A stretch of 60,414 nt of DNA, counting the filler. It is 7 parts of 7 records of this genome, joined end to end, with 100 filler letters (N's around TTAATTAATTAA, not from the genome) between each part and the next. Parts side by side here need not be neighbours in the genome. Positions count along the whole stretch, not along the records: positions 1 to 16,411 come from SRR31156797_13367; 6 more parts are not named here. One strand, written 5' to 3'. The notes below the pieces were generated by a model, which was given only the letters and a program-made list of their open reading frames with translations, was not told the DNA's origin and made no database searches. Below, piece after piece: positions 1-11,500 of this stretch (position 1 is its first letter; the number at the start of each line of letters is the position of its first letter). The position numbers and the translations under genes are program-made.

Positions 1-3000
1 TCCTGCACTACCTGTAATATTTTCAATATCAAACAATGTATCTGTTGCACTTACAGTTGAACTACCGTCATTATAGATATCTACAGTTCCTGTTGTTAAA
101 TCAGCTTCTATTTTATCATTTGAATCTGTTAATCTTGAAGAATAATCTACAGTATCTCCATTTACTCCTTCTGAACCACCATAAAATTTATTGTCAGCCG
201 TTTCATCAGTAATAAATGTATCATCATAATCTGAACCAAGAGCATTTTCTATATCAACTAAGGTATCAGTCCCAAGACCTGCACCTACAGAAACAGAGCT
301 TCCAGACATATCAACTGTAACACCTGATGTTGCATCAGAATAATCTACGGTATCCCCCTCGCTTCCATTTGCTCCACCATCAATATAGTCATCACCAAAG
401 CCACCTTTTAAAGTATCGTCACCATCTTCACCATAAAGTGTGTCATCTCCGGCATTACCATTAATTTGGTCATTCCCTGCTTGACCATAAATTACATTTG
501 CATCGCTGTTCCCAGTAACAGAATCAGAACCTTGTGTAGCTATTATATTTTCAACATTTTGTATTTCATCAATATCAGCTGTACCATTTATTGATAAAGT
601 AGCTAAAGTGTCAGTGCCATTTAAAGTAATGTTTATTTCATTTCCAACACCTAATGCACTAAAATCAACTGTATCAATATCACTTCCTCCATTAATTATA
701 TCGACACCATCTTGAGCACCAGTTACTATAAATAAATCTTGTCCTGCTCCACCTTCAAGAATATCAGAACCATCATTACCTATTAAAGTATCATTTCCAC
801 CTTCACCTTTGAAATAATTATCTTCTGCATTACCTATAATTGTATCATTACTATCTGTACCTGTTATGTTTACAATATCATACACTCTATCTGTATAATC
901 TGCATTAGAAAAATCCACATCACTTGAATTTGCACTATTTAATTTTAGAACTTCTGCATAATTGTTTGTTCCATCTGAAATTGTAGTACTTAAATCAACA
1001 TAAATTTTTCCTGTTTCTCCATTACTATAGTCAACTTTACTATAATCTGAGTCTAAAACATGAGTTCCATTTGAATCTAAGTTCCCAGAATAATAAACAT
1101 CATCACCTTTTGTTCCATAAAACTTATCATATCCATCTGCACCAACAAAAGTATTATCAGAATCATTTCCTGTCATTGAATCATCAAAATTAGAACCAAC
1201 TACTTTTTCTATATCAATTAAATTATCAACTCCTCCATCACCATCATTTGTAACTTCTCCAGCTGAAATACTCATATCAACAATTATTGAACTTGAAGCT
1301 TGTGTATAGTCAGCAGTATCAACACCAGCTCCACCGTTTAAAGTGTCATTTCCACCTGCACCATATAAAGTATCATCACCTAAACTACCATCTAAGCTAT
1401 TATTGTTTGAGTCACCACTTATTGTGTCATTTGCACTTGAACCAATAACATTTTCTATATTTCTTATTGTATCATTTGAATAATCTGTAATATTTACTGT
1501 TGAATCACTTGAACCATTTAATGTAACATCAATAGATTTTGAAATAGCACTATAGTCTATTGTATCTCCAGAAGTTTGAGAAAGAGAACCACCATCTATA
1601 AAGTCTGCACCATCATCTGCATCTTCTAAAACTTTGTCTCCATTTGTGTCAACTCCAGCTTTGAAGATATCATCACCTTCTCCACCTTCTAAATAATCAT
1701 CTCCATCATCACCCACAATTGTGTCATTTCCATTTAGTCCAATTAAAGTATTTACTGAATCATTACCACCAATATAATCATCTTGATTAGTTGCTCTGAT
1801 ATTTTCAATATCTCTTAAATAGTCATCACCTATGTTGTCAAGTTGTGCTTGAGAATAGCCATCGGTATCAACATTTCTAAGATTTATATCTAGTTTTCCA
1901 CTTTCAGCTGAAAAGTCTACACTATCCCCTACTGAGTTTTGAGAGCCACCATCAAGATAATCTATTCCTGCTCCACCTGCTAAAGTATCATCTCCTGCTC
2001 CACCAAAAAGTGTATCTGCACCATCTTCTCCATTTAGAGTATCGTCTCCAGCATCTCCATAAAGAGTATCTTCTTTATCTCCACCTAATATAGTGTCATT
2101 TCCATCTCCACCATATAATAAATCTTTGCCATCAGCTCCATCAATAAAGTCAACACCAGCTCCACCCATTAGAGTATTTACATTTCCATCTCCAACAAGA
2201 GAATCATTTCCAGCTCCACCAATTACATTTTCTACATCTTGTAAAGTATCATTAGCTGCACCATTTATAGTTACTGTTTTAATCTCAGAACCTTCTAATT
2301 CAACAGTAATACTTCTTGATGAATCAGTAATATCACTATAATCTGCTGTATCTCTACCTGTTCCACCTACAATTGTATCAACACCATTAACAGCGTCATT
2401 TTTACCTAATATAAATGTATCTGCATTTGCTCCACCATCTAAATAATCTGCACCTGCACCACTTTCTAATGTATCTAATCCAGTGTTTCCTAAAAGTGTA
2501 TTTCCATTATCACCTGCAATTAAAATATCATCATAGTTTGAACCCTCTGCAGTTTTAAAGTTTAAAATTGTGTCTTGCTCATCTCCACTATCTAGGTTAT
2601 TGCCACTTGCATCAAAAGTATAACCATTTCCATTTACATCAGTGATTGCACTATTTGAACCTAAATCGATTCTAACTGAGTAATTTGAACTATCATAAGT
2701 TAAAGTGTTTCCTACAGAAGTTGAAGTTCCACCATCTAAGTAATCCTCTCCAGAACCACCATCAATAGTATCATCACCTGCTCCACCTAATAAAGTATTC
2801 TGTGCACTATTTCCTGTAAGAGTATCATTATTAGCTGAACCTGTAATATTTTCTATGTTTTGAATTGTATGGTCTGTTATACTTGATAGATAAACATTTG
2901 AAGCAACACCATCTAACATGGTAACTGAAACATTCGAGTTTAAATCACTATAATCAACAGTATCTCCATTTGTACTGTGAGTTCCACCATTTATTACATC

Positions 3001-5528
3001 ATTTGTAGTTTCACCATCTTTTTGAATAATAAGATCATCACCTGCATTACCAAAAAGTGTATCAGCATTTGCTCCACCATCTAATGTATCATCCCCATCA
3101 TTACCACTTAATATATTTACTTGTGAATCACCTGTAATAGTGTCATCATTTGAACTACCAATTACATTTTCTATATTTGATAAAGTATCACTATCTAATA
3201 TTGTTGTACCATCTAAAACTTGTGCTGTTGGTGTTGATAGATTTACATTGATATGATTTGCAGAATTTATAGCACTATAATCTATTGTATCTGTGTTAGC
3301 TCCACCATCTATAATATCATTTGCATTATCTACATTTGCATCATCTATAATAAATGTATCATTTCCAGTTTCACCATTTAAGATATCTGCTCCTGCACCA
3401 CCTCTTAATGTATCATCACCATTTCCTGCATCAATAACATTTACACCAGAATCACCAGTTAAAATATCGTTTTTATTTGAACCAATAAGGTTTTCAAAGC
3501 CACTAATTACATCAGTCCCATCTGTTCCAGTTACAACTGTATCTAAAGATAAATCAACAGTAACACCTGTATTATCAGAAGAAGTTACTCCTGCATAAGA
3601 TAAAGTGTCAGTTCCACCTGCTCCAACTAATGTATTATTATTTGCATCTCCTTCAATTGTGTCATTGCCACTTGTACCTATTATATTTTCAATACCCGTT
3701 AATTGGTCTGTATCCGCTCCTACAATTCCCGTACCATTTCTTAAGGATACATCAACTGAAGATTCTAATGCATAAGAAACAGTATCATTTCCAACTCCAC
3801 CAATAAAACTATCACTTCCAGCTCCACCTAAAAGTAAATCGTTACCAATTCCACCATCAATAGTATTAACACCATCATTACCGATTAAAGTATCATTGTT
3901 TATTGAACCTTCAATATTTTCAAAGCCAGAAAGTGTATCTGTACCACCTGTATTACTTACACCACTTGAAGCTAAAATTGTATTTGTAGTTGAATCAAAA
4001 TTGATATCTGAATTTATACTATTCCCAATATTTACAACTACAGATGAGTTTGTATTTGCATAAGAAATAGTATCTGTTCCAGCTGAACCATCTAAAATAT
4101 TGTCTGCTGTATCACCTTCAATTGTGTCACTTCCACTAGTACCAACAATATTTTCAATATTTGATAAAGAGTGATCATTTACACTTGAACCAATAGTTAC
4201 ACTAGCTAGTCCTGAATCATTTAGATTTACTTTTATTCCTCTATCACTTGAAGAGTAGTCAACTGTATCACTTCCCCTTGAAGTATCAACTTCAACTCCT
4301 CCATAAATAATATCTCCTGAAGTTTCATCTGAGTTTTGGATAAATACATCATCCCCTGATTCACCATACATAGTATCAGCTCCAGAGCCACCCTCTATTA
4401 TATCGGCTCCTGTTCCACCATATATAACATCTTGCCCTGCATCTCCACCTAAAGAATCATCTCCTGCTTCACCATATAATGTATTTGAATTCACATCTCC
4501 AATTATAATGTCGTGATCTTGTGAACCTATTACATTTTCGATACTTATTAAACTATCTTCTTCCTCTCCAGTTGTATGAACTTTTAATCCATCATCCAAA
4601 GTATCAATATAAGCTGTACCATCTCCATCTACAAGAGTTAAATCAATTCCATCACTTCTATTACTATAATCAACAGTGTCTGTATCAATCCCTCCATCTA
4701 TAGTATCATTTCCTGTACCACCAACGAATGTATCATTTCCAGATTCACCATATAAAGTGTCATCTCCACCTTTCCCATCAAAGACATCATCTCCTGCTTC
4801 ACCATGGAAAATATTTGCGTTATCATTACCATTTAGAGTGTCATCTTCATCTGAAGCAATTATATTTTCAACATTTACAAGTGTATCTGTACCATTTGAT
4901 TTTGTAACAATTATAGAATCATCATTTTGTATATCAACTGTTACCCCATTAGTAGATTTATAACTTACTGTATCGCCATTGGTATCAGCTCCACCATCGA
5001 TATAATCATCACCACCGCTTGCAAATACTGTATCATCTCCAGCTAATGTTGATATTGTATTGTCAGAACTATTACCAGTAATACTATCAACTAAAGTACC
5101 ACCTTCTACATTTTCAATGTTTCTGATTATTAAATCATCACCATTTACTCCATCTGTATCTTGTGCTGTTGTATCTGATAAATCTACTGTGATATTAACT
5201 GCACTATCATAATTAAAACTTACAAAGTCTTGATCCCCTTCTCCACCATCTAAGAAGTCTGCTCCACTATCTGAACCTAAACCATAAAGTGTATCATTTC
5301 CTGCTCCACCAATAAGAGTATTTTGAGAAGAAGTTCCTTTTAAAATGTCATCAAAATCACCACCGATTACACCCTCAATTGAATCAAATGTATCAGAACC
5401 AAGACCTGCTCCAATATCCACTTGACCTGTATTTGCTAAATCTATATTTATACCAGCTGTTGCATCAGAGAAATCTGCTGTATCATTTCCTGCTCCACCG
5501 TGAAGTTCATCATTACCTGCTCCACCTT
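1..5528 (-). CDS. Giant RTX/calcium-binding repeat protein, C-terminal continuation after frameshift (runs off window start)
   Basis: The minus-strand frame reads KGGAGNDELHGGAGNDTADFS... directly after the stop of the 5529..13217 ORF and is still in the same frame at position 1 (...DTLFDIENITGSAG). It has the same GGxGxD / DTLxNIENVIG repeat units. No stop was seen in the lines I checked; I did not check every line. Not in the ORF track. Confidence 0.85.
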
Positions 5529-8500
5529 TTAAACATCATCACCTGAATCACCATATAAAGTATCATTACCTGTTCCACCTTCAAGTGTATCATTGTCATT
5601 TCCACCACTTAAATAGTCTGCACCACCTGCACCTTTTAAGATATCATTTCCATTTCTACCCTCAAAAGTATTATCTGAACTATTACCTGTTAATTCATCT
5701 AACTCATCAGTACCAATAATATTTTCAACATTTTTTATTCTATGGTTTGCAGTATCTGAACCAACTTCAACATTTACAGAACTTGTGTCAGTATCATTTA
5801 GAGTGACTTTTATACTTTCTGACAAGTTATGATAATCAATTGTATCTCCTACTGTTGTATTATCTCCACCATCAATTGTATCTCCTGTAAAACTAGTATC
5901 TACAAAAGTATCATCTCCATCTTCACCTAATAGTTCATCATCTCCTGTTCCACCAGTAATAATGTCATCTCCTGCTCCACCTAATAGCTCATCATCTCCT
6001 GCTCCACCATCAATAATATCATCTCCACTGTTACCATTAATTGTGTTATTATTTATATCACCAGAGATATCATCTGATGCTTGAGAACCTGTAATATTTT
6101 CTATTCCGTAAAGAGAATCTTCCTCTTCACCAGCTGTGTGTGTTGAAATTCCATCTGAATTTGTATCTACATAAGCAGTTGCATTACCAGAGTTTAATGA
6201 AACATTTATACCAACAACTCTATTACTATAATCAACTGTATCCTCTCCTGCTCCACCTCTTAGTTCATCATCACCAGTTCCACCTACAAGTAAATCATTT
6301 CCATCTTCTCCATAAAGAGTATCATTTCCATCTTCTCCATATAAAGAATCTCTTGAAGCACCACCTTTAAAAATATCAGTAGATGAAGAACCTGTCATTG
6401 TATCAAGGTAATCTGTTCCTTGAATCTCTTCAATATCTATTAATGTATCAGTAGAACCATCACCTTTTAATACACTTGAACCTGCTGTTACTATTATCTT
6501 TCCATTTGAAGCAGAATAATCAACTTTGTCAATGTCATTTGAAGTAGCATCAACTCCACCATTTAAAATATCATCACCATCACTTGAGAAAAAGGTATCA
6601 CTTCCATCTCCTCCATCAATACTGTTATTTGAAGAAGAGCCTGTTACAATATCATCAAGTGAAGTTGCAATTAAGTTTTCTACATCTAATATTGTGTCAT
6701 TATCACTTGTTGTTATTGTTTGAGAGGTTGTTTGACCTAAATCTACATCAATTGAAGTTGAATAATTAGAATAATCAATTAAATCAACTCCATTATTTCC
6801 ATCGATAATATTTGTTGTAGTTCCTTCTCTCATAACAAAAGAATCATCATTTGAACTACCAATTACATTTTCAATACTATTTAAAACATCTGTATCAGTT
6901 CCATCATTTGCAGTATTAGTTATAAAATCAACATCAACTCCATTTGATGAAGTATTTAAATAAGTATAATCGATGGTGTCATTTCCAACTCCACCATCTA
7001 AAGTATCAACTCCACTATTTCCAGTCAAGGTGTCATCTCCACCTTGTCCATAGATAGTGTCATTCCCACTTCCACCTAAAAGTGTATCTCCTGAATCTTC
7101 ACCATTTGAAGTATCATTTGTAGAATTGTTACCATAAATAGTGTCATTCCCACTTCCACCTGAAATTGTATCGTTACTACCATTTCCTTCAAAAATATTA
7201 TTTACATTATCAGTAGTATCTCCAACAATTGTGTCGCTATTTTTACTACCTTTTATATTCTCTACATTAATCAAAGTATCTGTAGATGTTAAGTTATATG
7301 TTACGACATCATCAGTCCCAGAGTTTAAGTCGGCATTTATTCCTACACCTGTAGAGATTGATGAATAATCTGCTGTATCAATTCCACCTTCACCATTTAG
7401 TACATTGTTATTTGCAACACCAAATAGTGTATCATTTCCTTCTCCACCTAAAAGTGTATTTTGAGAAGTATTACCTGTAAAAGTATCATTTCCACTTCCA
7501 CCTTGAGCTCTTTCTACATTTGAAACTAATAAATCCCCAACACTTGTTGTTTGAACATTTGTATCAGATAAATCTAAAACTATATCGCTAGTAGTATCTG
7601 TAAAATCAATAAGGTCACTTCCTGCTCCCCCATCAATTGTGTCATTTCCACCATTTCCTTTTAGTATATCATCACCTTCAGAACCACCTAAAACATTTGC
7701 TTCAGAAGTACCTATTAGTATATCATCACCACTTCCCCCAATTACACCTTCGATTGAGTCAAAGCTATCATTTCCTTGTCCAGGTGCAACTTCTTGAGTA
7801 CCAGTTAAAGTTCCTAAATCTACATTTAAATCTTGTGTTACATCACTATAATCAACTGTATCAAGACCTGCTCCACCTACAAAAGAATCATCTCCTGCAT
7901 TTCCTTTTAATGTGTCGTTTCCTGCACCACCATCAAGAGTATTGTCTGCATCATTTCCTATTAAAGTGTCATCTAAATTTGACCCTTTAATATGTTCAAT
8001 ATTTAATAATGTATCATTCCCTTCAGTTGCACTAATATTTTGAGAAGTAGTATCTGTTAAATCAACAGTAACTCCTGTAGTTGATGCGGCAGAATAATCT
8101 ACCCAGTCATCACCACTAGAATTATCAGCTTCATTCCCACCATCTAAGTAATCATCTCCTGCGCCACCTGTAAGTGTGTCATTTCCTGCATTTGCGATAA
8201 GTGTATTGTTATTACTATCTCCAACTAAAGTATCATTTCCACTTCCTGATATAATATTTTCAATATTTTCAATTTCATCATTTGCAACTGTATCAATAGT
8301 TACTGTTGAAGTGTTTGAACCATCTAAAGTTACACTTATATTTGCAGTTTCTAAAGAATAATCAACTGTATCATTTCCTGCTCCACCATCTATAGAGTCT
8401 ATTCCATCTCCTGAAGTTGAAATAAAAGTATCATTTCCTATACCACCATTTAATGTGTCGTTTCCAGCTCCACCATTGATGATATCATTTCCTGCTCCAC

Positions 8501-11500
8501 CATCTATTGTATCAGCTCCAGCTCCACCACTTAAAATATCATTTCCTGCTCCACCAATAAATATATTATCAGAAGAATCACCTAAGATATTGTCATCATT
8601 GTTTGTACCAACAATTTTTTCTATATCAACTAATGTATCTGTTGAACCATCAGAAATATTTACTTGGTCATTAGACTGTGTTAAATCTACATCAATTGAA
8701 CTTGTTGTCAAAGATGAATAATCAACAGTATCTATAAAACTAGAAGGAGTATCAGTTCCATTTGTCACACTTACACTTTGTGTTGTTTGAACCAAAAGAT
8801 TATTTCCATCTTTTATTATTTTTCCTAAACTTCCATCACTATTAGCTGCATTAAATTGACTCACAATATCATCTAGCATTGTATCTTCTGCAGCTGCGCT
8901 TGTAGTAAAAGTAATTGCCCCAATAACAATTGTAAATGTAACTGCTGGATTTGTAATATTTACTCTATGAGAATCAGAATTTCTTCCACCATTTATTGTG
9001 TCATTTCCAGTTGAACCAATAAAAGAGTCGTTTCCAAAAGAACCAACTAAGCTATTATTTGACTCATCACCAGTTAAAATGTCATCGCCAAAACCACCTT
9101 CAATATTTTCAACATTTGTAACTACTAATTTCCCAACACCTGTATCTTGAGTTGAGCTACTATTCAAATCAAGAGTTATGTCATTTGATGTGAAACCAAA
9201 ACTAACCCAGTCACCACCAGAACCATTTGTTCCACCATCTAAATAATCTGTATCTCCATTTGTAGTGTCCGTAACACCTGAACTTATTAAAGTATCATCT
9301 CCACTTCCACCAACAATACTGTTTGCACCATTTGTTCCAATTAAAGTATCATCTCCACTTCCACCAATTACACCCTCAATTGAATCAAAAGTATCAGTTC
9401 CTTGACCAATAGCAACCTCTGAAGGAGAAAGTGAATTTAAATCTACATTTAAATCTGCAGTTACATCACTATAATCAACTGTATCGATTCCTGAACCACC
9501 AATGAAAGAATCATCTCCAGCTCCACCTTTTAAAATATCATTACCTGCTTTTCCATCAAGTGTATTATCTGCACTATTTCCATAAAGAGTATCATTAAAT
9601 TGTGTACCAATTACATTTTCAAAATTTGTTAAAGTATCTCTATCATTTGTATTAAGATCAACCCCTCTATTTGCAGATAAATCAACACTTACACCATCTG
9701 TGTTTGTAATAATATTATCAATATATGAATAATCAACAGTATCTACATCTGCTCCACCATCTAAGAAGTCATTTCCAGTTCCACCAGAAATAGTATCATT
9801 TCCTTCTCGTCCTTGAATAATATTTGATTGAGAATCTCCAACTATAGAATCTGCTACTTGAGACCCAACAACATTTTCTATTTGATAAATACTATCTGTA
9901 AATGCCCCATTTGAAACATTAGTTGGAGCACTTTCATTTAAAGTTACATTTACTGAAGTTGTTCTACTACTATAATCAATTGTATCATTTCCATCACCAC
10001 CTACAAACTCATCATTTCCATCACTTGCAAGAAATGTATCATTTCCTAGGTCTCCATAAATTGAATTTTCTTCTGAGTTTCCACCTAATGTGTCGTTATA
10101 TTCTGACCCTAATATATTTTCAATATTACTAACAGTATCTGTTTGAGTTCCTACATTTGCACTTGCAGTATTTCCTGTTTCTGCTAAAGTTAATGAAACT
10201 GCATCTGAATTAGAATAATCTACAGTATCTCCAACAGAAGTATTTGTTCCTCCATCAATAATATCATCACCTAACCCACCTGTGATTGTATCATCTCCAG
10301 CTCCACCATATAATGAATCATTACCTGCAGCCCCATCAATAACATCATCACCATCAAAACCATAAATCTCATTACTATTGCTATTACCTGTTAAGGTATC
10401 TGATTGATTACTTCCCTCTAGGTTTTCAATATTACTTAATGTTAAATCCCCATCACCAGTTGATTGTTGTTCTCTATTAGATAAATCAACTGTTATATTG
10501 TTGGTACTATTTTGAAAACTTAATAGATCTTCTCCACTACCACCATCTATACTATCTGTTCCTGAACTAGCATAAATAGTATCATTACCATCTTTTGTTT
10601 CAATTATATTATCTTCACTGCTTCCCCAAATAGTATCACTATAAGAAGAACCTATTAAATTTTCTAGCCCTGAAAGAGTGTCGCTTCCTGCATTTTTTGT
10701 ATCTTGTGTTAGAGTATTTGATAAGTCTACACTTACTCCACCTAAAGTCACATCACTATAATCAACAGTATCTATTCCTTCTCCACCTCTTAGAGTATCA
10801 TCTCCAGCTCCACCTCTTAAGCTATCATTTCCTGTACCACCAATAAGAGTATCATCTCCAGCATTCCCAACAAGTGTGTCATTACTACTTCCACCATCAA
10901 TATAGTTGTTTAAATCATCACCTGTAATAGTATCTACATATCTAGTACCAATAACATTTTCAACATTATAGATTTCGTCTAAACCATCACCACCACTAGC
11001 TTCATTTAGTTCTAAATTAACTATCTCTCCACTACCAGTTATAACATCAGAAAAATCTATTGTGTCAATCCCCGTTGAACCATCAATATAATCATCACCA
11101 ATACCAGCTTTAATTGTGTCATTTCCTGCACCAGCATTGATATAGTCATTTCCTTCATAAGTATTGATTACATCATTTCCATCAAGTCCAAATACAGTAT
11201 TTTTTGTACTATTACCATCAATAGTATCGTTAAAATCCGAACCAGTAACATTTTCAAAATTCCAAAGTGTATCAATACCATCAGCACCACTTGCACTTCC
11301 TAATCCTGGATTGTCTTCAGTATCTTCTAGGTCTACAATAACAGACCCCGTAGCATTTTCATAACTTACTGTGTCACCTGCTGTTCCATTTTCTCCACCT
11401 CTTAAGATATCATCTCCAAGACCACCTTCTAAAGTGTCATTTCCTGCTCCACCTTCTAAAGTATCATCTCCATCAAGACCATAAAGAGTATCTGCTCCAC

